The translations under genes were made by a program, and so were the position numbers. Shown piece after piece: positions 26,939 to 35,087 of a stretch of DNA of 64,000 nt (the first letter of the stretch is position 1; each line of letters begins with the position of its first letter). This DNA is from an uncultured virus (IMG/VR IMGVR_UViG_3300027963_000003) (Duplodnaviria > Heunggongvirae > Uroviricota > Caudoviricetes), in IMG/VR virus record IMGVR_UViG_3300027963_000003; one strand, 5' to 3'. Under the pieces are notes generated by a model. It saw only the letters and a program-made list of their open reading frames with translations, was not told the origin of the DNA and ran no database searches.

Positions 26939-27357
26939 TGGGATACAGAAGCGAGGTAGGGTTTTATATCGAATTTACAAAAGACCCCGAGGAGTTTGTT
27001 GCCCTGATGAAAGTAGATGGGCGAGATATATTCAAAGACTTCTTGCGGTTTATGTATATCGAAAACTATAAAGACAGACCAATGGAAGATGATGACCCGA
27101 AAGGTGGTGTTCACTTTTACCATGAACATTGGAAGTGGTATGACGATTCTAAAAACGGCTTTATGGATTTGCTTAACATGGCTGGAGATTTTGACAACAA
27201 CTTTAAAGCTAAGTTTGCAAGAACAGGAGAGGAGTCAGATGACACAGAAGAAGAATGGTTCAATGATGACGACTATGAACTGGAATACCCCTATATGGTA
27301 CGCAGAGTAGAAACGGCAATGGATTTAACTAAACTAAAAAAAGTGGAGGATGTATGA
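26938..27357 (+). CDS. Acidic hypothetical protein
   Basis: MGYRSEV...WKWY...RTGEESDD. Confidence 0.7.
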   Translation: MGYRSEVGFYIEFTKDPEEFVALMKVDGRDIFKDFLRFMYIENYKDRPMEDDDPKGGVHFYHEHWKWYDDSKNGFMDLLNMAGDFDNNFKAKFARTGEESDDTEEEWFNDDDYELEYPYMVRRVETAMDLTKLKKVEDV

Positions 27358-27575
27358 AAACCATAATTCATGTAAACCAACATGAGATAAAAGCCAACGC
27401 TAAGAATGGGACTACTAACCCTGTGCTAACTGTTAAAACATACAAAGATAACATCTATGCACATGAAGTAGTAATCAAGGGGGATAGTAGGATAGTTTAT
27501 TCCCCCGACAAACCCCTATCTTGCGGTGCTAAGGTATGGATAGAAACCCAAGCAGAAGTAGAAGTAATTAACTAA
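27354..27575 (+). CDS. Conserved phage hypothetical protein
   Basis: IHVNQH...YSPDKPLSCGAKVWIET. Confidence 0.7.
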   Translation: MKTIIHVNQHEIKANAKNGTTNPVLTVKTYKDNIYAHEVVIKGDSRIVYSPDKPLSCGAKVWIETQAEVEVIN

Positions 27576-27589
27576 CAAGGAGAATAAAA

Positions 27590-28399
27590 ATGCTACAACT
27601 AGACAACATAGACAAAACACAACTAAGCCCACCTGTATTAGAAATACTGGAAGCGATGGAACTAAAGCACGCCAAGTTAGGATACTGTCTGACAGTATCG
27701 GCGGTACAAAACACAGGTAGAGATCAGTATTGGCAGTTACGTTTTAACGATGCCCGCTTTTCTGATGATGCTTTAATAGATTTTGTGGGTGTAGTGGAAT
27801 GGACATACGGCAAGCGTAGTGACCACGAGTACAAGATTACCTCACGCAAGATTCAGAATGATAGGTTCGGGCATTGGGGTAACGAACACTCAGCACAACG
27901 CACTAAAGATGTTAAGAAAGCATTGAAGATTGCGATGACCAACATAGTACCATTTGAGTGGCATGAGGTTTCTGCTAATGGTAGGCGTAGGGCAGAGCAA
28001 GCACATGAGCAATGGAGTAGTGCAGACAATAGGGCTATTTACCCATTTAAAATTGGGTACGAAGAAATGTATGAAGAGATTAAATACCTGATATCCACAG
28101 GAGTTCAGTTCAAAACCGAGCAATTTAAAAAGGCGGCAGCAGGAATTGAGGCATATGAAGAGATGCGACGCAAGATAAGCATTAAACCTAAATTCGATAC
28201 GGTTATCGTGCGCCCTGACAAAGCCGTTTTTATACCCAATGGTTATGCCCTGCAACCCAAAGAGTTCGGCGCAGTTGACGACCTACCTGAACAAACCAGA
28301 ACTAATATCGCTCTTTTAAAACTTGTTGAGAAAGACACACTACTACCCGAGGTAGGTTATCGGGGTGGGGAAAACACCTACTTTATTTTGGTTCAATAG
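27590..28399 (+). CDS. Hypothetical protein
   Basis: 269 aa with AAGGAG RBS; contains a palindrome copy. Confidence 0.7.
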   Translation: MLQLDNIDKTQLSPPVLEILEAMELKHAKLGYCLTVSAVQNTGRDQYWQLRFNDARFSDDALIDFVGVVEWTYGKRSDHEYKITSRKIQNDRFGHWGNEHSAQRTKDVKKALKIAMTNIVPFEWHEVSANGRRRAEQAHEQWSSADNRAIYPFKIGYEEMYEEIKYLISTGVQFKTEQFKKAAAGIEAYEEMRRKISIKPKFDTVIVRPDKAVFIPNGYALQPKEFGAVDDLPEQTRTNIALLKLVEKDTLLPEVGYRGGENTYFILVQ

Positions 28400-28401
28400 T
28401 A

Positions 28402-28430
28402 TTGACTATGTGGTAGGTAATCTTTACAAT
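28402..28430 (+). promoter_or_regulatory. sigma70-type promoter
   Basis: TTGACT-17bp-TACAAT. Confidence 0.6.
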
Positions 28431-28448
28431 AGAAACATAAGGAAGAAT

Positions 28449-28772
28449 ATGAAAGATGGTTTTGTGGAAGCTATGGATGCAATATTTGATAAGTTTAAGG
28501 AACAGTTAGCCCCTGTGCGTGTTGAGTTTGCGGACAATAAGATACATATATCTACGCAGATAGAGATACAAGCAGGCAAGCTATTCGAACCCAAGTATTA
28601 CCACTGCGAGTACGGTGAACTACCTAGCTTTATTGCCGACAAGGTTGCCATGCTTAGAACGGCAGGGCAGGGTGTAGATGTTGATGGTATAGGTAAGTGG
28701 CGAGGTAACAAACTCTACTATGTGCAAGTATCCCCTAAACAATGGAATCAATACCACGAGGTTAAAGTATGA
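28449..28772 (+). CDS. Hypothetical protein
   Basis: Start at MKDGF; C-terminal LP....K.A.L......V.G.G motif resembles the end of the previous ORF. Confidence 0.6.
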   Translation: MKDGFVEAMDAIFDKFKEQLAPVRVEFADNKIHISTQIEIQAGKLFEPKYYHCEYGELPSFIADKVAMLRTAGQGVDVDGIGKWRGNKLYYVQVSPKQWNQYHEVKV

Positions 28773-28975
28773 ACGAACAGGACTTGAGGGATTGCTTTGC
28801 TATGTTTGCGATGAACGGCATTATTGCAAGGGGTGGTTTACATCCCGAACTGATGCCCGAAGATTGTATTGCAAGACGTTCTTATGAATTAGCAGATGCA
28901 ATGCTAGAGAGACGAAATAAAACTGAAGCAGAAGAAGGAATCGTAGCCGTTAAACCTAAGAGGAGAACGAAGTGA
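28769..28975 (+). CDS. Conserved phage hypothetical protein
   Basis: LRDCFAMFAM...ARRSYELADAML.RR motif. Confidence 0.7.
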   Translation: MNEQDLRDCFAMFAMNGIIARGGLHPELMPEDCIARRSYELADAMLERRNKTEAEEGIVAVKPKRRTK

Positions 28976-29145
28976 TACCGATACCATTTTTTGGTTGGTT
29001 AGCAGATGATGAAGAAGATACTCAGCAGATGTTGAGAGATCAAATACATATACAACAACACCGAATCAAAGAGTTAGAAAACGAAGTAATGATGTTGCAG
29101 ACCGAGTGTACTGCCTTGATAAAACAAGTTGGAGAAATCCAATGA
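28972..29145 (+). CDS. Small coiled-coil hypothetical protein (57 aa)
   Basis: GTG start after AGGAG; fills the gap with overlaps at both ends. Confidence 0.5.
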   Translation: MIPIPFFGWLADDEEDTQQMLRDQIHIQQHRIKELENEVMMLQTECTALIKQVGEIQ

Positions 29146-29369
29146 GTGAACCAGTAGCGTGGATGTATGAAAAGCCTAACGGGGCATCAAAGTTATCTTT
29201 TGTTAAAGAAAAAATGATTTGGGAAGATATGACTGAGACTCCACTCTACACCCATCCAGCAAAGACACTAACAGATGAGGAAATATGGCAGTTGTCTGAC
29301 ATGGTTTTAAATAATAGTGATGTTATTGGTTTTGCTAGAGCAATACTAAAGAAAGCGAGTGAGAAATGA
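29142..29369 (+). CDS. Hypothetical protein (EPVAW...PLY...LTDEEI...FARAIL family)
   Basis: Common phage accessory motif. Confidence 0.65.
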   Translation: MSEPVAWMYEKPNGASKLSFVKEKMIWEDMTETPLYTHPAKTLTDEEIWQLSDMVLNNSDVIGFARAILKKASEK

Positions 29370-29698
29370 CAACACCTGAGAAGAAAGTCAAGGACAAAGT
29401 CAAAAAGATATTGGCAGAGTTCGGTGCTTATTACTTTATGCCTGCTACTGGGGGGTATGGTAAGTCAGGTGTACCTGACATTGTGGCTTGTATTAAAGGG
29501 CGGTTTATTGGTATTGAGTGCAAAGCAAATGGGGGTAAGCCGACTGCCTTACAAGAAAAGAATCTAATCGACATTATGAATGTAGGTGGTATTTCAATCA
29601 TAGTAAATGAGACAGGGTTAGATAATTTTAAAGTATTGTTGGGTGTAGGATTCCCCAAAGCTGGAATTATTTACGATATGCTTAAAGGAGAAGAATGA
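29366..29698 (+). CDS. VRR-NUC domain nuclease/resolvase
   Basis: GVPDI...FIGIECK...KPTALQ. Confidence 0.85.
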   Translation: MTTPEKKVKDKVKKILAEFGAYYFMPATGGYGKSGVPDIVACIKGRFIGIECKANGGKPTALQEKNLIDIMNVGGISIIVNETGLDNFKVLLGVGFPKAGIIYDMLKGEE

Positions 29699-29913
29699 TG
29701 GACTTGGGATTGACAGTAGTTAAAGAACACAAGGATGGTTCAGCCGATGCAATAGTTCGGTTCGATAAAGAAATGCTAGAAGTTTTAGTACAAGAAGGTG
29801 TGTTACGTATTCTAGAAAAGTATATTGAGCAAGAGAAGAACGCTAAAGAAGGTGTAAAGCTACGCAAGAAGTTAGCAAAAAAAGAAGAACTTGATACAGA
29901 TGGGAGATGTTAA
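29695..29913 (+). CDS. Hypothetical protein
   Basis: 72 aa; EHKDGSA motif. Confidence 0.6.
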   Translation: MMDLGLTVVKEHKDGSADAIVRFDKEMLEVLVQEGVLRILEKYIEQEKNAKEGVKLRKKLAKKEELDTDGRC

Positions 29914-30062
29914 TGTTTGAATCTTTAATTAAACCACAACCACTAGACAATGATGTTGCGGTGATGAAAATTATTCATCTTTTGGGGCAGTTAACCCCGA
30001 ACGATATTAAATATGTTTTGGAAATAGTAACTCAAGTAAACAAGGCGGTAGAACATGAGTGA
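29913..30062 (+). CDS. Small hypothetical protein (49 aa)
   Basis: Read manually: MFESLIKPQPLDNDVAVMKII...; coupled to neighbours. Confidence 0.5.
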   Translation: MFESLIKPQPLDNDVAVMKIIHLLGQLTPNDIKYVLEIVTQVNKAVEHE

Positions 30063-30360
30063 AATGAACGTACTAAAAGAAGCTAATGCCATCATCTACG
30101 GCGATAGAGAAAAGACTTACGGACATCCTAGTAAGAACCTAAAGACTATTGCGGTCATGTGGAACGCTTATATAGATGCGTCTTCTGCGGTGGGTGTAAT
30201 AGATGGAGCAGTAAAGGCAGAGATTAACGCTAAAGATGTTGCCGCTTTGATGATGTTGGTTAAGGTAGCTAGGTTTGCGAACGACCCAAGCCATAGAGAT
30301 AACCTAGTAGATATTTGTGGGTATGCGGCGCTAGTAGAACGGTGCGATGAAACGGAATAG
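30055..30360 (+). CDS. DUF6378-like protein
   Basis: GDREKTYGHP..N...IA.MW...DVA.LM.LVKVAR...DNLVDICGYAAL. Confidence 0.7.
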   Translation: MSEMNVLKEANAIIYGDREKTYGHPSKNLKTIAVMWNAYIDASSAVGVIDGAVKAEINAKDVAALMMLVKVARFANDPSHRDNLVDICGYAALVERCDETE

Positions 30361-30547
30361 AGAGTATCGTTGGGCGCAGGTAATGCACCACCTGCAAGGC
30401 AATCCAAGAACTATAAGAGAAATTGCTAAGTATATGGATGTAGAGTATCAGATGGTTAGAAAGTATTTATACGAACTACTTGACCAAGACAAAGTAGAAG
30501 TGCATGAGGCATATGTAAAGCCGATAAGATATAGGAGGAAGAAATGA
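30347..30547 (+). CDS. Winged-helix DNA-binding protein
   Basis: PRTIREIAKYMDV...VRKYLYEL...KVE. Confidence 0.55.
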   Translation: MKRNREYRWAQVMHHLQGNPRTIREIAKYMDVEYQMVRKYLYELLDQDKVEVHEAYVKPIRYRRKK

Positions 30548-30975
30548 ACGAAGGCGTAAAGATATTGTTAGAGAGGATGAAGACTAATCCTGATGAGTTT
30601 TATGACAAGACTAATGGACTGCACGTAACTACAAGGTGGGGAAGGATTCTTACAGACTATCAATCTTTTCTTGAACCCGAAGATATAAACGCATTAAAAG
30701 AAGCTATGAGTAAACTGCACCAAGAACAATTTACCAAATTAGTCATGAAAGAACTACTTGCTCCCGAGGAGGATGACGATATGGGAAAGTGGTTTACAAA
30801 GCGAGGGAGCGCTACAGTTTCGGCTACTCCGATTCCCGCAATATCTTCAATAATGATTGAACAAAACGAGCAGTTAAGAGCGCAAGTAAACGCAATGAAA
30901 GTAGAGGTGCGTAAAAAGCCTGTCCTAAAAAAGCCACACCAAACCCTATTTGGAAAACTATTTAACTATTCATGA
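30544..30975 (+). CDS. Hypothetical protein
   Basis: 143 aa, coupled. Confidence 0.65.
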   Translation: MNEGVKILLERMKTNPDEFYDKTNGLHVTTRWGRILTDYQSFLEPEDINALKEAMSKLHQEQFTKLVMKELLAPEEDDDMGKWFTKRGSATVSATPIPAISSIMIEQNEQLRAQVNAMKVEVRKKPVLKKPHQTLFGKLFNYS

Positions 30976-32798
30976 ACATAATTACATTGGACTTTGAGAC
31001 ATACTATGCTAAAGACTTCTCGCTCACGAAACTCACTACCGAAGAATATATCCGTGATGATAGGTTTGAGGTCATTGGGGTCGCCGTTAAAGAAAACAAT
31101 AAAGAAACGAAATGGTTTACGGGTACGCATGGAGAAGTTAGCGATTTTCTGCATACATATGACTGGAGTAATAGCGCTTTGCTCGCTCACAATGCCTCTT
31201 TTGATGGCGCTATTCTTAGCTGGAATTTTGGCATACATCCTAAAGCTTTGTTCGATACCCTTTGTATGGCTAGGGCGCTTCATGGAGTGGATGCAGGTGG
31301 CAGTCTTTCAGCTTTGGTTGAACGGTATCAACTGGGTCGCAAGGGTACAGAAATATTGGATGCCCTAGGTAAAAAACGTTTAGACTTTACCTCTGAAGAC
31401 CTAGAGCAGTACGGAAGTTACTGTCGCAACGACGTAGAGTTAACGTGGAAGTTGTTTAATGTTTTACAGCCTGAGTTCCCTGCTAAAGAACTAAAGGTTA
31501 TTGACATAACTCTAAGGATGTTTACAGACCCCGTACTGGAGTTAAATCTACCCCTACTAGAACAACACTTAGAAGATACTAAGGAACGTAAAGAAGCTTT
31601 GCTTGAAGCCTGCCTAGCTGACAAAGATACGCTTATGTCTAATGATAAGTTCGCTGAGATACTTAAATCTCTAAAGGTTGTCCCTCCTACTAAAACATCT
31701 TTGAAAACAGGTAAGGAAGCATGGGCGTTTGCTAAGACCGATGAGGGCTTCAAAGAACTGGCATCACATCCTGACGTTCGGGTTCAAGCATTGGTGTCGG
31801 CTCGGTTGGGAAACAAGTCTACGCTTGAGGAAACACGCACACAACGGTTCATTGACATAGCTAAGCGAGGAAAGTTACCCGTACCAATCAAATACTATGC
31901 GGCTCATACTGGTAGGTGGGGTGGTGACGATAAGATCAACTTACAAAACTTACCTAGTCGTGGGCAACACGGAGGCAAGCTAAAGAAAGCTATTGTTCCC
32001 CCTAGTAAGTATGTAATGATTGACTGCGATTCGTCGCAAATTGAGGCACGGATTGTTGCATGGTTATCAGGACAGACAGATTTAGTGGAGGCGTTTGCAA
32101 ATGGAGAAGATGTATACAAAATCATGGCTTCGGCTATCTATCAAAAGGCAGTTGATGAGGTGTCGGCACACGAACGTTTCGTTGGCAAAACGACAATCTT
32201 GGGGGCGGGGTACGGGATGGGTAGTAAGAAATTCCAAGCCCAGCTCAAGACGTTTGGCGTGGACGTTGAAGAGGGGGAAGCCAATCGTATTATCAGGGTA
32301 TATCGGGAAACTTATGCTCAAATCCCTAAGCTTTGGCAAGAGGCAGGTAGGTGCTTGGAAGCAATCTACACCAATAAACCTGCGCCATTCGGCTTGGAAG
32401 GAGTCGTGTCATTCGATCACATAAAGAAAGGCTTTCTATTACCTAGTGGGTTATGGCAACGCTATGAGACGCTTTACCAAGTAACTGATTCTCAAGGAAA
32501 AACTCAGTTTGAATACAAGACTAGACGTGGCGCAGTCAAGTTGTATGGTGGAAAAGTGGTGGAGAATCTATGCCAAGCTATTGCACGCTGTGTGATTGCC
32601 GAACAAATGGTTAAAATATCTAAACGCTATAAAGTAGTTCTAACGGTACATGATGCGGTAGCCTGCATAGCACCTAAAGTAGAAGCTGAAGAAGCGCAAC
32701 AGTATGTAGAAGAGTGCATGAAATGGCGACCTGATTGGGCGTACGACCTACCACTTAACTGCGAATCGGGAATTGGAAACAGTTATGGGGAATGCTAG
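30972..32798 (+). CDS. polA: Family A DNA polymerase with 3'-5' exonuclease
   Basis: DFET and HNASFD exo motifs; DSSQIEAR motif A; R..GKTTILGAGYG motif B; VHD motif C. Confidence 0.92.
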   Translation: MNIITLDFETYYAKDFSLTKLTTEEYIRDDRFEVIGVAVKENNKETKWFTGTHGEVSDFLHTYDWSNSALLAHNASFDGAILSWNFGIHPKALFDTLCMARALHGVDAGGSLSALVERYQLGRKGTEILDALGKKRLDFTSEDLEQYGSYCRNDVELTWKLFNVLQPEFPAKELKVIDITLRMFTDPVLELNLPLLEQHLEDTKERKEALLEACLADKDTLMSNDKFAEILKSLKVVPPTKTSLKTGKEAWAFAKTDEGFKELASHPDVRVQALVSARLGNKSTLEETRTQRFIDIAKRGKLPVPIKYYAAHTGRWGGDDKINLQNLPSRGQHGGKLKKAIVPPSKYVMIDCDSSQIEARIVAWLSGQTDLVEAFANGEDVYKIMASAIYQKAVDEVSAHERFVGKTTILGAGYGMGSKKFQAQLKTFGVDVEEGEANRIIRVYRETYAQIPKLWQEAGRCLEAIYTNKPAPFGLEGVVSFDHIKKGFLLPSGLWQRYETLYQVTDSQGKTQFEYKTRRGAVKLYGGKVVENLCQAIARCVIAEQMVKISKRYKVVLTVHDAVACIAPKVEAEEAQQYVEECMKWRPDWAYDLPLNCESGIGNSYGEC

Positions 32799-32805
32799 CA
32801 GGGGG

Positions 32806-32922
32806 ATGGGTTTTAAAGTCTACGACAAAGACGGATGGCATAGGGCTTGGTTTAACGACATAGATCACTTAATTAGATCAATGCTGGCAAACCCCACAAA
32901 CATATATCACAGGGTAAATTAG
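32806..32922 (+). CDS. Small hypothetical protein (38 aa)
   Basis: MGFKVYDKDGWHRAWF...; fills the gap. Confidence 0.35.
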   Translation: MGFKVYDKDGWHRAWFNDIDHLIRSMLANPTNIYHRVN

Positions 32923-33096
32923 ATGATGGACTACGCAGGGTTTTTATTAGAAGCAAGAAAGCACTTGAAGTTATACGAGGATTCTGTTATAACAAGAGAC
33001 TTCGACGGAGCATACGAACACGCATTAAATACGTTTGCTGAAGTTAGACTATTAATGCAAATTGCGAAAGATTTAAAGGATGCAAAAAAGGGATAG
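32923..33096 (+). CDS. Small hypothetical protein (57 aa)
   Basis: MMDYAGFLLEARKHLK... Confidence 0.5.
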   Translation: MMDYAGFLLEARKHLKLYEDSVITRDFDGAYEHALNTFAEVRLLMQIAKDLKDAKKG

Positions 33097-33274
33097 ACCT
33101 ATACAAGCCGACATGACCCAGCAAGAAGTTGCAGATGCTTTGGGTACTACAAGAGCGGCGGTAGCAGACATTGAGAAACGGGCATTACGGAAGCTACGAA
33201 ACGAATTAACAAAACGTGGCTATACGATGGAAGATTTTTTTACGTGGAAAAAGAAAAGGAACCCAACAATATGA
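33080..33274 (+). CDS. Second stand-alone sigma70 region 4-like HTH protein
   Basis: MTQQEVADALGTTRAAVADIEKRALRKLR. Confidence 0.75.
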   Translation: MQKRDRPIQADMTQQEVADALGTTRAAVADIEKRALRKLRNELTKRGYTMEDFFTWKKKRNPTI

Positions 33275-33585
33275 TTACATTATCAAATGACCAACGCAAT
33301 CGTTTAATGAATGCGGCAAGTAGAATAAAAACAGGCGAAAGATATGCGCTAACATTAAATGAAAGTCAAGCAATAGCAGACCGAATTAATGTAGTGTTAT
33401 ACGAACTGCATATAGAAAACCCTATGGCGTTTACAACTAATGCCGTACCTTCTTTAGGGGGTATGGAGTTTACACACAATCGTTATGCAATAAAGAAACG
33501 CAAATTTTACGATGAACCTAGAAGTCCTGCGGTAAAGTCATCTGACTATGCAAGCTATGTAAAACCTGCTAAGGAAATACTATGA
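33271..33585 (+). CDS. Hypothetical protein
   Basis: Start at MITL with ATGA overlap. Confidence 0.55.
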   Translation: MITLSNDQRNRLMNAASRIKTGERYALTLNESQAIADRINVVLYELHIENPMAFTTNAVPSLGGMEFTHNRYAIKKRKFYDEPRSPAVKSSDYASYVKPAKEIL

Positions 33586-33893
33586 ATGTTAAATGGGCAG
33601 AACCTCACCAAATAGAAGATGGTATTGCTTTAGTATGGGGGGTTAAAGAAATTGTCGACACGCTTATGTGGCGGTATCTAGACCATCCAAGGGAAATGAC
33701 TGAAGATGAAATGTACAACCACTTGCACGCTATCTCAGTATTAATAGATATGCACTGCGAAAAGCTAATGGATACATACTGCAAGGTATATAACCTTAAC
33801 GAATACGCATCCGATGAAGTTAAAGCTAAAAGGGCAGAGCTACTTAACTCTTTAACTACTCCAACACCCAAGAAAAAAGCCAAGAAAAAATGA
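33582..33893 (+). CDS. Hypothetical protein
   Basis: 103 aa, coupled. Confidence 0.6.
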   Translation: MNVKWAEPHQIEDGIALVWGVKEIVDTLMWRYLDHPREMTEDEMYNHLHAISVLIDMHCEKLMDTYCKVYNLNEYASDEVKAKRAELLNSLTTPTPKKKAKKK

Positions 33894-34561
33894 CGGTTAA
33901 ATACACTTGGTCGTACTCTTCAATAAATCTTTTTAAACAATGTCCACATAAGTATTATCGCCTTCGGGTGGTAAAGGACATTGTTGAACCTCCAGCAGAG
34001 CATTTAAATTATGGGTTGGAAGTGCATAAAGCGGCGGAAGATTACATTGGGAAAGGCATTCCAATCCCTCAGAAATACATCTTTATTAAAGAACACTTGG
34101 ATAAGCTAAATCTTATCAAAGGCGAAAAGCTTTGCGAATATAGGATGGGGCTTACAAGTAATCTAGAGCCTTGTGGGTTCTTTGATAAAGATGTATGGTG
34201 GAGGGGTGTTGCAGATTTGATTATTATCAACGGCGATAAAGCGTATGTCATTGATTATAAAACAGGAAAATCCGCTAAGTATGCGGATACTAAGCAATTA
34301 GAACTTTTATCCTGTGCGCTATTTAAACACTTTCCTCACGTCAAAAAGGTCAAAGGTGGGTTATTATTTGTAGTATCCAATGACCTTATCAAAGACAGTT
34401 ATGAATCGGATAGTGAAGGGGTTTACTGGACTAAATGGTTAGAAGATACCCAACGATTAGAAGCGGCAATCCAAAACAATGTTTGGAATAAGAAACCTAA
34501 CTTCTCATGTCGTGCATGGTGTTCTATAACCGACTGTGAACACAACGGAAAAAGCCACTGA
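33890..34561 (+). CDS. PD-(D/E)XK (Cas4/RecB-like) exonuclease
   Basis: WSYS...CP, G.EVH, RGVADL...IDYKTG, C-terminal C..C...C cluster. Confidence 0.85.
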   Translation: MTVKYTWSYSSINLFKQCPHKYYRLRVVKDIVEPPAEHLNYGLEVHKAAEDYIGKGIPIPQKYIFIKEHLDKLNLIKGEKLCEYRMGLTSNLEPCGFFDKDVWWRGVADLIIINGDKAYVIDYKTGKSAKYADTKQLELLSCALFKHFPHVKKVKGGLLFVVSNDLIKDSYESDSEGVYWTKWLEDTQRLEAAIQNNVWNKKPNFSCRAWCSITDCEHNGKSH

Positions 34562-34562
34562 T

Positions 34563-34874
34563 ATGCCATATACCAAAACACCTAGACCTTATGCCCATGA
34601 ATACGATATGGAAAAGAAACGTGGGGAACACCCTCGCCGAATGGAGCGTCAACGTGCTAGGCGTGAGATAGATAAACGTGACACAGGAACAGTATTAAAG
34701 AAATCTCCTAAGCGTAATGGTAAAGATGTATCTCACATAAAAGCTTTAGATAAAGGTGGTAGCAATAAAGATGGAGTAGTACTACAATCAGCATCTAAGA
34801 ATCGTAGTTTTAAAAGAGATTCAAAAGGTAATTTAGTTTCTGAAGTAAGCGTCAAAGAACGCAAGAAAAAGTAA
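34563..34874 (+). CDS. HNH-like small nuclease
   Basis: GKDVSHIKALDKGGSN...SKNRS. Confidence 0.6.
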   Translation: MPYTKTPRPYAHEYDMEKKRGEHPRRMERQRARREIDKRDTGTVLKKSPKRNGKDVSHIKALDKGGSNKDGVVLQSASKNRSFKRDSKGNLVSEVSVKERKKK

Positions 34875-35087
34875 TTGTTGGTGTTGTATGGTCATGAAGT
34901 AAGATACGAGTGCTATTGACAGGTTAACTCATTTCCTACATAACCGTATCAGTTGGGGTTGCTAGTTAGATATTTTTCCCTTCACGGGGTATCTTCCCTC
35001 CTTGGCAATGACCCAACCGATTAACTCCCGTAAGGAGTTGTTTCAATCAAAACGTGTGTTTTGGTCGTATTCCTATTGGAGAAGAGA

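Larger units (their letters stand above)
18730..27699. repeat. Dispersed 17-bp palindrome ATACTGTC-N-GACAGTAY, 12 copies
   Basis: Starts at 18730 (variant), 19511, 19730, 19960, 20183, 20522, 21693, 22258, 23335, 24508, 25866, 27682. Confidence 0.95.
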
